A DNA stretch of 63,246 nt, the filler included. It is 3 parts of 3 records of this genome, joined end to end, with 100 filler letters (N's around TTAATTAATTAA, not from the genome) between each part and the next. Parts side by side here need not be neighbours in the genome. Positions count along the whole stretch, not along the records: positions 1 to 31,487 come from SRR20825006_2866; positions 31,588 to 57,829 come from SRR20825006_2875; 1 more part is not named here. One strand, written 5' to 3'. The translations under genes were made by a program, and so were the position numbers. Positions 30,101 through 40,932 of this stretch are shown piece by piece. The first letter of the stretch is position 1. Each line of letters begins with the position of its first letter. Under the pieces are notes generated by a model, which had not been told where the DNA came from, searched no databases, and saw only the letters and a program-made list of their open reading frames with translations.

Positions 30101-30762
30101 TTCCCAAGCATGTGTTTGTGACCGGCACCGATACCGAAGTCGGCAAAACCCGGATTTCTGTCGGACTGATGGCTTTATTACGGCAACAGGGGCTCAGCGT
30201 GGCCGGCATGAAACCGGTTGCCAGCGGCTGTGACTGGATAGACGGGCAATGGCAGAATGAAGATGCGCTGGCGATGATTGCACAGAGTAATGTATCGCTG
30301 CCTTATTCCCTCATCAATCCTTATGCCTTTGAGCCGGCCATTGCGCCGCATATTGCCGCCGGCCGGGTCAATACAGAAGTCTCGATTAGCGATATTAAAC
30401 AGCAGTTTGAAGGTATCAAAGCCGAGAGTGATGCCGTGGTGGTGGAAGGTGCCGGCGGCTGGCTGGTTCCGCTCAACCAGAGTGAGACCATGGCTGATTT
30501 AGCTGTCGCCTTAGATTTACCCGTGGTGCTGGTGGTGGCAGTCAAGCTCGGTTGCATTAACCATGCGCTGCTCAGCATTGAATCGATCCAGCAACGCGGT
30601 ATCAGAATCGCGGGCTGGGTAGCCAATCATCTTGACGAGCAGAGCGAATCAGCCGACATTATAGAGACGCTGAAGCAGCATATCTCTGCCCCTTGTCTCG
30701 GCGTGGTACCGAAGCTGGCGGAGAATCAGTCCGCCGCTGAATTCCTCTGTCAGGAGGCTTGA
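30097..30762 (+). CDS. bioD: Dethiobiotin synthase
   Basis: FVTGTDTEVGKT, KPVASG, VEGAGG, LGCINHA. Confidence 0.95.
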   Translation: MIPKHVFVTGTDTEVGKTRISVGLMALLRQQGLSVAGMKPVASGCDWIDGQWQNEDALAMIAQSNVSLPYSLINPYAFEPAIAPHIAAGRVNTEVSISDIKQQFEGIKAESDAVVVEGAGGWLVPLNQSETMADLAVALDLPVVLVVAVKLGCINHALLSIESIQQRGIRIAGWVANHLDEQSESADIIETLKQHISAPCLGVVPKLAENQSAAEFLCQEA

Positions 30763-30764
30763 TA

Positions 30765-31448
30765 ATGAAATGGCTGATGGTTCTGTTGCTGGCTTTGCTG
30801 GCGGGCTGTTCGTCCTCCCCCAAAAAAGAAACGACGGGTATCAGTCCGGAGATTGAGGCCCGGGTCGCCAGTTGGAACAAGCTTATTGACGATGGCCAGC
30901 GCTGGCCGGATGAGCGGCGACTGCAGGCGGCCAATGATTTCGTGAATCAGTTAGTGTTTGTTGATGATATCAAGCACTGGAAGCAGCAGGACTACTGGGC
31001 CACCCCGCTACAGACCATTGTCAGTGGCGGTGGTGACTGTGAGGACTTTTCGCTGGCCAAGTATTTCACCCTGACTGGCATGGGCATGGAGGAAGACAAG
31101 TTGCGTCTGACCTATGTCAAAGCCCTGGAACTCAATCAGGCACATATGGTGGTGAGTTATTACGAATCACCGAAAGCCGTGCCGCTGGTACTGGATAACC
31201 TGAACACCAATATTGTGCCGGCGACGGAGCGCGATGATTTATATCCCGTCTACAGCTTTAACGGTGTCGGGCTCTGGCTGAATAAGCGCAATCACGACAG
31301 TGATTTTGTCGATAACGCGGAGCGCATCAGCCTGTGGCAGAACTTGCTTAGAAGCATGGATGTGGAAGCCTCTAATAGCAAGACGATGATCTGTCGTTAC
31401 CAGTATTACGACCTACCTGTATCAGAGGCGAGAACACGCTGTCCCTAG
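30765..31448 (+). CDS. LapG-like transglutaminase-type cysteine peptidase (C93), lipoprotein
   Basis: AGGAGG RBS; lipobox LAGC; DYWATP, GDCEDFSLAKY, QAHMV, LVLDN, PVYSFN. Confidence 0.85.
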   Translation: MKWLMVLLLALLAGCSSSPKKETTGISPEIEARVASWNKLIDDGQRWPDERRLQAANDFVNQLVFVDDIKHWKQQDYWATPLQTIVSGGGDCEDFSLAKYFTLTGMGMEEDKLRLTYVKALELNQAHMVVSYYESPKAVPLVLDNLNTNIVPATERDDLYPVYSFNGVGLWLNKRNHDSDFVDNAERISLWQNLLRSMDVEASNSKTMICRYQYYDLPVSEARTRCP

Positions 31449-31487
31449 GGCTTGTTGATCTTTCATCTTCACCACTGCTGGAGGCTA
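31446..31487 (+). mobile_element. Further copy of the MITE-like element, truncated at the contig end
   Basis: TAGGGCTTGTTGATCTTTCAT followed by CACCACTGCTG, matching the reverse complement of 25443-25504 including the spacer. Confidence 0.75.
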
Positions 31488-31587
31488 NNNNNNNNNNNNN
31501 NNNNNNNNNNNNNNNNNNNNNNNNNNNNNNNTTAATTAATTAANNNNNNNNNNNNNNNNNNNNNNNNNNNNNNNNNNNNNNNNNNNN
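31488..31587. other. Artificial contig-joining spacer
   Basis: 44 N + TTAATTAATTAA (stops in all six frames) + 44 N; flanking sequences are unrelated. Confidence 0.98.
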
Positions 31588-32369
31588 GCGTCGACGGTCT
31601 TGACGATGACGGCGCAGGCGAGGCTCGGGCCGCCATTCTTGTCGGGCAGCGTGCCCGGCACGACGACGGAATAAGGCGGCACCTTGCCATAGGTGATCTC
31701 GCCGCTGTGGCGATCCACGATCTTGGTGGACTGGGTGATGAAGACGCCCATGGCAATCACCGAGCCTTCTCCGACGACCACGCCCTCGACCACTTCGGAC
31801 CGTGCGCCGATGAAGCAATTGTCTTCGATGATGGTCGGGTTCGCCTGCAGCGGTTCAAGGACGCCTCCAATGCCGGTGCCGGCCGAGATATGGCAATTCT
31901 TGCCGACCTGCGCGCACGAGCCGACGGAGGCCCAGGTGTCGATCATTGTGCCTTCGCCGACATAGGCGCCGATGTTCACATAGGACGGCATCAGGACCGC
32001 ATTCTTCGCAATGAAGGCGCCGCGGCGCACAGCGGCCGGGGGCACCGCACGAAAGCCCGCGGCCTCGAATTCGGATGAGCCCCAGCCCTGAAATTTCGAT
32101 GGAACCTTGTCCCACCAGTTGCCGCCGCCGGGCACGCCGGAAATCATGCCATTGGCATTCAAGCGGAAGGACAGCAGAACAGCCTTTTTCAGCCATTGAT
32201 GGACAGTCCAGTTGCCGTCGCCATTTGGGCTGGCCACGCGGGCCTCACCGGAGTCGAGCAGGTCAATGGCCGCCTCGACGGCTTCGCGCACCTCACCCCG
32301 TGTCTGTGTGTTCAGGGTGTCGCGGCTTTCCCACGCCTGTTCAATCGCATTGGCCAGGGCTTGTGTCAT
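31588..32369 (-). CDS. dapD: Tetrahydrodipicolinate N-succinyltransferase (3' end cut by the contig edge)
   Basis: [40 protein letters not shown]. Confidence 0.96.
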
Positions 32370-32390
32370 CTGTCTCTCCGGGGGCAGGTC

Positions 32391-33137
32391 TTAGTCGAGT
32401 GTTTCAATCGCCGCCTCAAGGAAGGCAGCAAGGTCGCCCGTCACATAGTCTATGTGGTCAGGCCCGTCATCCCCCAACAGATCGTCCAGATTGGCAGGAC
32501 GCGCCTCAATCGGCTCGTGGCTCCAATCCTTTTCGGAGTGCACCAGAACCGTCGTGAAGCCCATATCCTTGGCTGGAAGGAGATTGCGCGCGAGATCCTC
32601 GAAGAAGATTGCCTTGCGCGGGGCCACATCATGCAGCGCACAAAACCGATCATAGGAGCTCTGGTTCGGCTTGGGAGTGTACTCAGCGTCTTCGATACCG
32701 AAGCTCCCGTGGAACAGGTCTTCCAGCCCCATCTTGTCAACAACCCGCTCGGCATGGCGACGCGAGCCATTCGTGTAAACGAATTTCCGACCCGGCAGCG
32801 CGCTGATTGCCTGGCGCAAAACCGGCAAGTCCGGCAGTGGCGACAAGTCTATGTCATGCACATGATGCAGAAAATCGGCAGGATCGATCTTGTGCACCTT
32901 CATCAGGCCGGACAGCGTCGTCCCATAGGTTGCATAATAATGCTTCTGCACCTTGCGCGCCTCCAGCGGCGGCAATTTCAGCAGGCGCGAGACGAAATCC
33001 GTCATGCGCGTGTCGATCTCGGCGAACAGGTCGCATTCTGCTGGATAGAGCGTATTGTCGAGGTCGAACACCCAATCCGTCACATGACCGAAATTGCCAA
33101 ACGGTGCGAGGTGTACACCCGCCTTTGGAGAGGTCAT
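32391..33137 (-). CDS. Pyrimidine 5'-nucleotidase (HAD superfamily)
   Basis: WVFDLDNTLY, YGTTL.GL, TNG, PKP, FFEDLARNL. Confidence 0.9.
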   Translation of the reverse strand: MTSPKAGVHLAPFGNFGHVTDWVFDLDNTLYPAECDLFAEIDTRMTDFVSRLLKLPPLEARKVQKHYYATYGTTLSGLMKVHKIDPADFLHHVHDIDLSPLPDLPVLRQAISALPGRKFVYTNGSRRHAERVVDKMGLEDLFHGSFGIEDAEYTPKPNQSSYDRFCALHDVAPRKAIFFEDLARNLLPAKDMGFTTVLVHSEKDWSHEPIEARPANLDDLLGDDGPDHIDYVTGDLAAFLEAAIETLD

Positions 33138-34165
33138 TGACTACCGGCCTTGGCGAAGTCCCGCTCGAAGAACTCAAACACGAGACGCTGGTCAACTGGC
33201 TCCGGTGCGGCAGCGAACAGCGCAGTGCGATAGGCGGACGCTTCGCAGTCGTCCCGGCCAACGATCGCAAACTTTGCCCGGCCCACACAGAACGGATCCG
33301 ATGCCTTTGCCAGCGTTCGGATGCGCGTCCCATCTTCCATCTCGCCAAAGACATAGTGCTCGGTGCCGCGAAGGGCCTTGTCGATCACTCGCGCGCAACC
33401 TCCCGCCTCGAGCATCCACCAGCCACGGCTCTCCCAGCCCTCGGTGCCGCGGCGTCCGATGGCGCTCCAGATCCGTTTGTCGGTGCGGTTGCACAGGGTA
33501 AACCCGACATTGCGGCCATTCTCCTTCGCCACCTGCTCCAGGAAGTCGATGAGGTCTGAATCCGACGTCGAGTCAGGCAGATTGTTCTCTTCCAGAAATT
33601 TGCCGATGGCGGTGCGGGTCTTGTATCCGATCCGGCCATCAATCGCGCCTGACAATACGCCCGCCTCTTCCAGCAGGCGCTGAATCCCGGCTGCCTGCGC
33701 GGTCGCGCGGTCATAATTTTCGATTTCGGTGAAAGTTGTCGTCCAGCGGGAGCGGCTGGAAATGTCGACCGCCCGGAAACCTCGCGCTTCCAGACCCATT
33801 GCATTGCAATTGGGCGGGCTTTCCAACGAGAAACCACCGGTGGGGTCCACGCAGAGTTCGCGCTCGCCGCCCCACTCTCTCAGGCCACCCCGATGGGCAG
33901 TCGATGTACGCCCATAGACATAATGGATTTTCGGATCGAGCGGCGCCCGCACGGCGACCTGACAGGAGCCTGGCTGCAATTTGGTCCAGCCATCCACATT
34001 GACGGAGCCGCCTACAGGGCGGCCAACCGCTGTTTCGATGATAAAGCTGGTCTCGTTACACAGCTTCCAACCATCGCCCGTCCCTTGTGCGTGCGCTATT
34101 GCGGGCAAACCCGCCGCTGCTGCAACAAAAGCAAGACCTTTAAGAAATGAGCGTACCTGCGCCAT
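33134..34165 (-). CDS. DUF1036 domain protein with central peptidoglycan-binding domain
   Basis: Signal peptide; two LCN.T...GW..L..G.C repeats; IQRLL..AG.....IDG..G.KT..A motif. Confidence 0.8.
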   Translation of the reverse strand: MAQVRSFLKGLAFVAAAAGLPAIAHAQGTGDGWKLCNETSFIIETAVGRPVGGSVNVDGWTKLQPGSCQVAVRAPLDPKIHYVYGRTSTAHRGGLREWGGERELCVDPTGGFSLESPPNCNAMGLEARGFRAVDISSRSRWTTTFTEIENYDRATAQAAGIQRLLEEAGVLSGAIDGRIGYKTRTAIGKFLEENNLPDSTSDSDLIDFLEQVAKENGRNVGFTLCNRTDKRIWSAIGRRGTEGWESRGWWMLEAGGCARVIDKALRGTEHYVFGEMEDGTRIRTLAKASDPFCVGRAKFAIVGRDDCEASAYRTALFAAAPEPVDQRLVFEFFERDFAKAGSQ

Positions 34166-35036
34166 GTTCGGTAAATAGCTCCATGAGCAGGGCGTGCGGG
34201 GCACGCCCATCGAGGATCACTGCCGCCCCGACCCCATGTTTTACGGATTGGGCCGCAGTTTCAAGCTTCGGTATCATGCCACCTGCAGCTGTGCCGTCCG
34301 CGATCAGGTCAGGAATGGCATCCACGGCAATCTCGCGCATCAAATTCTTCTGCTTGTCGAGCACGCCAGCGACATCTGTCAGCAGGAACAGGCGGCTAGC
34401 GCCCAGTGCCGAGGCCAGCGCGCCGGCAGATGTGTCTGCATTCACATTGTAACGATGGCCATCCTTGCCGACTCCGACCGGGGCAACCACCGGAATCAAC
34501 TGGGAGTCGGACTTCAGGAGCGCATCGATCACGCTTGTATCCACTGCAGTCGGTTCACCCACAAATCCAAGGTCCAGAACCTGTTCGATATGGCTGTCCG
34601 GATCGCGTTCGGTTTTCTTGGCCTTCTCGGCCTGGATCAGATTGCCGTCCGACCCGGACAGGCCAACGGCCTTGCCGCCCGCCTGATTGATCGCCCGCAC
34701 AATGGATTTGTTGATAGGCCCCGACAGGACCATCTCGACCACTTCCATCGTCGCTTCGTCGGTTACCCGCAGGCCGCCCTTGAATTCGGACACGATGCCC
34801 AGCCGGTCCAGCAGTTTGCCAATCTGAGGCCCGCCGCCATGCACGATGACGGGATGAATTCCCAGTGTTTTCAGCAAAACCACGTCGCGCGCAAAGATTG
34901 CCGACAGGCGCTCGTCCACCATGGCGTGACCGCCATACTTCACGACAATTGTCTTGCCAGCATAGCGCTGGATATAGGGCAGCGCTTCTGAGAGCGTCTG
35001 GGCGGTGAATTGCGCAGCGGAGATCTGGTCTGTCAT
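34140..35036 (-). CDS. argB: Acetylglutamate kinase
   Basis: [35 protein letters not shown]. Confidence 0.96.
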   Translation of the reverse strand: MTDQISAAQFTAQTLSEALPYIQRYAGKTIVVKYGGHAMVDERLSAIFARDVVLLKTLGIHPVIVHGGGPQIGKLLDRLGIVSEFKGGLRVTDEATMEVVEMVLSGPINKSIVRAINQAGGKAVGLSGSDGNLIQAEKAKKTERDPDSHIEQVLDLGFVGEPTAVDTSVIDALLKSDSQLIPVVAPVGVGKDGHRYNVNADTSAGALASALGASRLFLLTDVAGVLDKQKNLMREIAVDAIPDLIADGTAAGGMIPKLETAAQSVKHGVGAAVILDGRAPHALLMELFTEHGAGTLIS

Positions 35037-35080
35037 GCGGGCCCCTTTAGCGCGGATCGCCGCCGTGACAAACTCGAATT

Positions 35081-35542
35081 CTAGAGGGCCCGATGCATGT
35101 ACACGCTGTTCGGATCAAGCGTGTAGTCACCAAATGGCGAACAATAGACAAAGCCATACGCCTCATAGATGCGCCGTGCTGGCAGGAATCCGACCATGGA
35201 CCCGGTTTCCAGATACAGCGCCGAATAGTTGCGCTGCTCTGCTTCGGCCATGATGTGTTCCAGCATGCGGCGGCCATGCCCCTGCCCGCGCAGGTCCGAA
35301 CGCGTATGCATGGATTTCACTTCGCCCACACCGCCTGGCAACTCCTTCAGTGCCCCGCACCCAACGAGAACTTCCTCGTCCCACATTGACCAGACTGTCA
35401 CGTCCGGTGCCCGCAATCCTTCCGCAGGCAGGAAGTGGCAACTGCCCGGAGGGGATAATGCCAACATCAAATTCGCGTGCGTCTGGAGAAGGGCCAGCAT
35501 GGCAGGGCTGGTCACGTCATCAACTTTGATCTCGATTGGCAT
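35081..35542 (-). CDS. GNAT family N-acetyltransferase
   Basis: [40 protein letters not shown]. Confidence 0.88.
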   Translation of the reverse strand: MPIEIKVDDVTSPAMLALLQTHANLMLALSPPGSCHFLPAEGLRAPDVTVWSMWDEEVLVGCGALKELPGGVGEVKSMHTRSDLRGQGHGRRMLEHIMAEAEQRNYSALYLETGSMVGFLPARRIYEAYGFVYCSPFGDYTLDPNSVYMHRAL

Positions 35543-35596
35543 GAATGCACGGCTCCAGATTATTCTCCGGCGCACATGTAATCTCAATTCGTGGCG

Positions 35597-36238
35597 CTAT
35601 TCCAGTCCGGCGATTTCGGCGCGAAGTTCGGGGATGCCCCACCCCTTCTCAGACGAAGTCTGGCGAACAACTGGATGCGCCGCGCCGCGTTTTTTCAGCT
35701 TGCCGGCGATCTCTTCAACGAGCTTTTCGACTTCGGACTTCTGCATCTTGTCGACCTTGGTCAGGACGATCTGATAGGTGACCGCCGCCTTGTCGAGCAT
35801 AGTCATGACTTCCTCGTCCGTATCCATCAGGCCCCGGCGGGAATCAACCAGCAGGAAGACCCGGCGCAACGACGGACGGCCGCGCAGATAGGAGCGCGTC
35901 AGCCGCATCCAGCCCTCGGCCTGCGTACGACTGACCTTGGCATAGCCGAAGCCCGGCAGGTCGACGAGGAACATGCGGCCTTCGCCGAGGTCGAAATAAT
36001 TGATCTCGCGCGTGCGGCCCGGCTCAGCCGAAGACCGCGCCAGTTTCGCGCGATTGGTCAGCGCATTGATGAGGGAGGATTTGCCGACATTCGACCGGCC
36101 CGCAAAGCAGACTTCCGGGCGGTCTGCCGTGGGCAGGCCCTTCAGGTCCACCACGCCCTTGACAAACACGACCGACCCGGCGAACAGGACGCGGCCCGCT
36201 TCGAGCGCGTCTTCACTGAAGGCGTCTCCGGTTTCCAT
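35597..36238 (-). CDS. engB: Ribosome biogenesis GTPase EngB/YihA/YsxC
   Basis: GRSNVGKSSL, PGRT, DLPGFGY, TKVD. Confidence 0.95.
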   Translation of the reverse strand: METGDAFSEDALEAGRVLFAGSVVFVKGVVDLKGLPTADRPEVCFAGRSNVGKSSLINALTNRAKLARSSAEPGRTREINYFDLGEGRMFLVDLPGFGYAKVSRTQAEGWMRLTRSYLRGRPSLRRVFLLVDSRRGLMDTDEEVMTMLDKAAVTYQIVLTKVDKMQKSEVEKLVEEIAGKLKKRGAAHPVVRQTSSEKGWGIPELRAEIAGLE

Positions 36239-36242
36239 CAGA

Positions 36243-38069
36243 CTAGTCCGCCGCTTTCTTCTTGCCGCGCACAAGTCGGCTGACAAATTTGCCAATCTCG
36301 GTGTCGACACCGTTCCGCCGCATGATGAAATATTGCTGCGCGAAGGAGAGCAGGTTTGACCATACCCAGTACATCACAAGGCCTGCCGCAAATCCGCCGA
36401 ACACGAACATGAAGACCAGCGGCATGGCCTGAATGATCCGGCGCTGTGTCGGGTCTGGAGGTGGCGGGCTGAGAGTCTGGATGGCCGCCATGGTCACGCC
36501 ATAGAGAATTGGCAGAATGCCAATACCAATGATGATGCCGATGATCGGAATCGCCTTGATGTCCGCGGCTGACCACCACGGGATGAGACCGAACAGGTTG
36601 CCGATGGCCGTGGGATCAGGTGCCGACAAATCCTTCAGGAAGCCGAAAGAGGCATGGCGCATCTCGATGGTCACATAAAGCGTCTTGTAGAGCGCATAGA
36701 AGATCGGGATCGTGAACAGGATCGGCAGGCAGCCGCCGACAGGGTTGGCGCCTTCCTGCTTGTAGAGTTTCATGATTTCCTGCTGCTGGCGCTGGGGGTC
36801 TGCCTTGAAGCGCTCACGGATCTCCTGCATCGGCTCCTGCAGCTTCTTCATCTTCGCCATCGATTTGTAGCTCTGATTGTAGAGCGGCACGAGCGGCAGC
36901 TTGACGAGGACCGTGAAGGCCAGGATCGCCCAGCCGAACGAGCCCACAATGCCTGACAGCCATTCCAGCGCGTAGAAGAAGGGCTTGGTCAGGAAGAAGG
37001 CCCAGCCCCAGTCAATCGCATCCACCATGAGCGGAATGCCAAGTTCATTCTGATATTGCTGCAGCACATCAAACCGTTTTGCGCCAGCATACAGGCTGTT
37101 GGACACGGTCTGGCTCTCACCCGCTGCCAGCGTGATCGGCGCAGACTCGGTGCGCACTTCCAGAGGCCCGCCACGCGACAGTTTCCGCTTGTCGACCAGG
37201 CCGGCAAAGAATGCGTCCTGCTGCGGAACCAGCGCGCCCAGCCAGTACATGTCTGACAGGCCCCACCAGCCGCCCTGGCTGGACGGGAACGTACCCTCGC
37301 TGGTTTCGCCCTTGATGTCCTTCAACTGGAACAATGGCTTGTACTTCTTAAGGCGCAGCTCGCCATCAACCACGCCCATCAGGCCCATATGCGCCAATTG
37401 TCCTTTCGACGATGAACCGGGGTCGGTTGTTTCCAGGAACTGCTTGTAATCGCCATGACGCTCAATCGAGCCGATGGCGCGCACCTGGCGCGGCTCGCTC
37501 GAATTGTTTGTCACCGTATCGGTGAAGGTGAACAGATAATCCTCATCGACAGATATTTCGCGGTCGATGACCAGGCCTTCGGATTCGAGGCGCAGAGTGA
37601 GCGGGTTGCCGGGCGTCAGCTGCCCTTCTCCGACCTGCGTCCAATTCGAATTGCGGCCAGCAACCAATGTAGAACCATCGGCCCAGTACCAGGTTGCGAA
37701 ATAGCCGAATTCGGAATTTTCCGGGCGAAACAGGCGAACTTCCTGTTCCTTGTCGACGGTCAGATAATGCTTCTTGAGGTTGAGGTCATCGATGCGTGAG
37801 CCGGCAAGGCGGATCGACCCATCCACAGAGGCGGCATCAAACGGCACGCGGGCATCATCCTGCAGCGCGTCCTGGACCGGCTTGATTTCAGCAATCGCCG
37901 GGGCGTCAGACGACACGACCGGGCCGGTCTGCTGTTCTGCTTCCCGCACGGCCTGATTGGCTTCGAACTCTTCCTGCGCTGGCTTCATGATGAAGGCCTG
38001 GTAGGCAAAAACGAACGCGATCATCGCGACCATGGCGATCAGAAAATTGCGCTGGTCAGGTTTTTCCAT
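36243..38069 (-). CDS. yidC: Membrane protein insertase YidC
   Basis: IDWGW, SMAKMK.LQ, NPVGGCLP, YWVWSN. Confidence 0.96.
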   Translation of the reverse strand: MEKPDQRNFLIAMVAMIAFVFAYQAFIMKPAQEEFEANQAVREAEQQTGPVVSSDAPAIAEIKPVQDALQDDARVPFDAASVDGSIRLAGSRIDDLNLKKHYLTVDKEQEVRLFRPENSEFGYFATWYWADGSTLVAGRNSNWTQVGEGQLTPGNPLTLRLESEGLVIDREISVDEDYLFTFTDTVTNNSSEPRQVRAIGSIERHGDYKQFLETTDPGSSSKGQLAHMGLMGVVDGELRLKKYKPLFQLKDIKGETSEGTFPSSQGGWWGLSDMYWLGALVPQQDAFFAGLVDKRKLSRGGPLEVRTESAPITLAAGESQTVSNSLYAGAKRFDVLQQYQNELGIPLMVDAIDWGWAFFLTKPFFYALEWLSGIVGSFGWAILAFTVLVKLPLVPLYNQSYKSMAKMKKLQEPMQEIRERFKADPQRQQQEIMKLYKQEGANPVGGCLPILFTIPIFYALYKTLYVTIEMRHASFGFLKDLSAPDPTAIGNLFGLIPWWSAADIKAIPIIGIIIGIGILPILYGVTMAAIQTLSPPPPDPTQRRIIQAMPLVFMFVFGGFAAGLVMYWVWSNLLSFAQQYFIMRRNGVDTEIGKFVSRLVRGKKKAAD

Positions 38070-38120
38070 CTGGCGGGATCCCGGCAAATCTTGTGAGCAC
38101 GCCGGAATCGGCGGCAGGGG

Positions 38121-38489
38121 TTAATCAGCGGCGAGGCTTATCAGCGCGCTTTCCATATCGTCAAGCAAACGCGGCCACGCAATGTCAGCGGTGTCCATAC
38201 GTGCAATGAAGACATAATCCCACCCCGGTTTTCCATGCTGCGGCAAGAGAACACGCGCCGCTTCGCGCAAGCGCCGTTTCGCCCGGTTGCGAATGACCGC
38301 ATTCCCGATCTTCTTGGTGGCGGTAAATCCAGCGCCGGCATGCGCGCCCGGACTGGCCCCCTTACGGTGTCGCGCCTGCACCAAAAGGGCTTTGCGCCGC
38401 TCGGTTTTTCCGTGACGCACATAAAGAAATTGAGGTCGCACGCGAAGACGGGCGACCTCAAATTCGGTTTTATCTGTTTTGCTGGTCAT
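38121..38489 (-). CDS. rnpA: Ribonuclease P protein component
   Basis: GFTATKKIGNAVIRNRAKRRLRE. Confidence 0.95.
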   Translation of the reverse strand: MTSKTDKTEFEVARLRVRPQFLYVRHGKTERRKALLVQARHRKGASPGAHAGAGFTATKKIGNAVIRNRAKRRLREAARVLLPQHGKPGWDYVFIARMDTADIAWPRLLDDMESALISLAAD

Positions 38490-38531
38490 GGCCTGTTGCC
38501 GCCTGCGTGAGACGGTCCGTGGCCTGCCGCC

Positions 38532-38666
38532 TTAAGCGGACAGTGACTTGCGGCCCTTGGCGCGGCGACGTGCCAGCACCTTGCGGCCGTTTTTAGTCGA
38601 CATGCGCTCGCGGAAACCATGGGTGCGGCTGCGGCGAAGGTTGCTTGGCTGGAAAGTGCGTTTCAT
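38532..38666 (-). CDS. rpmH: 50S ribosomal protein L34
   Basis: 44 aa [10 protein letters not shown]...HGFRERM...RRAKGRK. Confidence 0.97.
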   Translation of the reverse strand: MKRTFQPSNLRRSRTHGFRERMSTKNGRKVLARRRAKGRKSLSA

Positions 38667-38854
38667 GGGTCTGCTCTGAAAGCTAAGAATCTCGGAAAGA
38701 GGGGCCAATACAGGCAGCAGAGGTTCGAAGTCAAGCCGAACCGACAGCCAGAACCGAATAAATCTGTCTCTCCGCGCCCAAGACTCTTTACATGGCCAGA
38801 GAGTCTTGTGAACTCTGCACGCTGAGGCTGGGCAAAAGAGTTCGAAGAGGTCCA

Positions 38855-40042
38855 ATGCGGTTTCCACGCTTTGCCATCCCGTGCCTGTTGGCCATGATCG
38901 CGCTTCCCATCACAGCGCACGCACAGTTCATAGACTATGACCGTCTGGATGCCCGGCTGACGCGGCTCGCCGCAGATGAAGACATTGTCGGCCTCTCTGT
39001 TGCCGTGATCGACCGGGGCGAGGTCGCCTTTGCCAAAGGGTATGGCATCACCCAGTCGGGCGGAGAGCCCGTTACAGACGAGACGGTGTTTCGTTGGGCA
39101 TCCTTGTCCAAAGGCGTGGCCGCGACCGAAGTCGCGATCCTTGCGACAGAAGCGCGCCTGAACATCACCGACCCGGTATCGAAATACGCAACCACGCTGC
39201 GACTTCCCAATGGCGGTGAAACCACGGCGACGCTCGAAGATGTGCTTTCGCACCGACTGGGTATCCTGCCAAATGCCTATGATACGCGGCTGGAAGATGG
39301 TTGGGACCCAGCCGAGATTCGCAACAGCCTGAAATCGCTGAAGCCCATCTGTCCGATTGGTGACTGTCACACCTATCAGAATGTTGCCTATGACAGCATC
39401 GCCGAAGTGATCGAGGACGTGACCCAGTCGCGCTATGCTGATGCCGTAGAGACCTCAATATTCAAACCCATCGGCATGGTAACGGCCAGCATCGGTCGCG
39501 CCGGGCTTGAAAACTCCCGGTCCTGGGCCCGTCCGCATTCAAAAAACAGCCGCACGCCCGGCCCACCGCGCAAGAAGATCGTGAATGACGATTATTACAA
39601 CGTCCCTGCAGCCGGCGGCGTGAACGGTTCGATCCGCGATCTTGCGCTCTATGCCCGGGCGCATATGGGATTGCTGCCGGATATCCTCAGTGATTCCGCC
39701 CTCGAACTGCTCCAGACCCCGCGCATTTACACGCGGCGCGAACAATCGGGCATGTCCCGACGCTATCGGGGTACAGTCCGGGATGCCCGCTACGCGCTTG
39801 GCTGGCGCGTCTACAAATACGGAGAGGCGGGCGACCGGGTGGTTGGCCATCGCGGCGCGGTGGAAGGCTACCGATCCTACATCCTGTTCGATCCGGACCG
39901 CGACACCGGAGTCGTCATTCTCTGGAACTCGAGCTCTCGCCGCCCCAATGGGATAGGGTTCGAGGTCATGGATATGGTCTACAACCTAACCTTCCGGGAC
40001 TGGATGGAGCTGGACGCGCACGCCAGCGCAGGCAGTCGCTGA
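38855..40042 (+). CDS. Secreted serine hydrolase, beta-lactamase/PBP-like family
   Basis: Signal peptide; SxxK (ASLSK), YxN (YQN), HRG. Confidence 0.88.
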   Translation: MRFPRFAIPCLLAMIALPITAHAQFIDYDRLDARLTRLAADEDIVGLSVAVIDRGEVAFAKGYGITQSGGEPVTDETVFRWASLSKGVAATEVAILATEARLNITDPVSKYATTLRLPNGGETTATLEDVLSHRLGILPNAYDTRLEDGWDPAEIRNSLKSLKPICPIGDCHTYQNVAYDSIAEVIEDVTQSRYADAVETSIFKPIGMVTASIGRAGLENSRSWARPHSKNSRTPGPPRKKIVNDDYYNVPAAGGVNGSIRDLALYARAHMGLLPDILSDSALELLQTPRIYTRREQSGMSRRYRGTVRDARYALGWRVYKYGEAGDRVVGHRGAVEGYRSYILFDPDRDTGVVILWNSSSRRPNGIGFEVMDMVYNLTFRDWMELDAHASAGSR

Positions 40043-40146
40043 CATCTCCCTCACGAGGGCGTTAGCCCGGCGCACGCAGTCGTGACGCGATCTTTTCCAG
40101 GCATCAGGCTATGCGGGGGCATCTTTCGCCCCATACTTCAGACCCG

Positions 40147-40932
40147 ATGCTTATGCCTGATCTCCACTTTCTTGTTCGCCCGCTCTTTGGCCTGGCTCTG
40201 GCCAGCTGCCTCGCCCTGCCCGGTGTGGCGCAGGGAAATGACGCATGGACCCAGCTTCTTGAAACCTATGTCCATGAAAGCACGGACGGCGTGAACCGCG
40301 TGGACTATGCCACGCTTTCTGCCAGTCCCGCCGACCGCGCGACGCTCGACACTTATATTGCGAGCTTTGAGGCGCGTGACCTGACAGGCACGGACGATGC
40401 CACCTTCGCTGCCTGGGCCAATCTCTACAATGCTGTGACGGTTCGCTACATCGCGGAGAAGTACCCGCTGGATTCGATCCGCGACGGTTTCCTGTTCGGG
40501 GGGCCCTGGAAGAAAGTGACCGTAATGGCTGGCGGCCGCGAAATCTCGCTCGATGCCATTGAGCACGACATCTTGCGCCCCCGCTTCGGGGACCCGCGCG
40601 TCCATTATGCCATCAATTGCGCCTCTTATGGCTGCCCGAACCTGCTCACTCGCGCCTGGACGGCGAACACACTTGATGCAGACCTCGACGCCGCTGCGCG
40701 TGCTTACATCAATCACCCTCGTGGTGTAACGGTCGGAAACCGCGGACTTACTGTATCGTCTATCTACAAATGGTTTGAGGTCGACTTCGGCGGATCGAAA
40801 GATGGCGTTATCAAACACCTGCTTCAATATGCCGAGCCGGCGCTCGCCGAGAATATCCGCGCTACGCCCAAAATCCGCGGCTACACCTATGACTGGTCGC
40901 TCAATGATACCCGGACGGACCCTGCCAAATGA
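40147..40932 (+). CDS. DUF547 domain protein (secreted)
   Basis: VDY, AAWANLYNA, SLDAIEH, DPRVHYAINCASYGCP, SSIYKWF..DF, YDWSLN; start uncertain. Confidence 0.88.
   Translation: MLMPDLHFLVRPLFGLALASCLALPGVAQGNDAWTQLLETYVHESTDGVNRVDYATLSASPADRATLDTYIASFEARDLTGTDDATFAAWANLYNAVTVRYIAEKYPLDSIRDGFLFGGPWKKVTVMAGGREISLDAIEHDILRPRFGDPRVHYAINCASYGCPNLLTRAWTANTLDADLDAAARAYINHPRGVTVGNRGLTVSSIYKWFEVDFGGSKDGVIKHLLQYAEPALAENIRATPKIRGYTYDWSLNDTRTDPAK

Noticed and set aside
31532..31543. TTAATTAATTAA palindrome (also 57874-57885)
   Set aside because: Synthetic six-frame stop linker inside N runs, not biological
35076..35103. Polylinker-like run of GAATTC, TCTAGA, GGGCCC, ATGCAT, TGTACA
   Set aside because: Encodes the natural GNAT C-terminus (VYMHRAL-stop) on the minus strand, and no other vector sequence is adjacent
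38855..40042. Possible beta-lactam resistance gene
   Set aside because: SxxK/YxN motifs are shared by many esterases and peptidases; no mobile context or specific AmpC evidence
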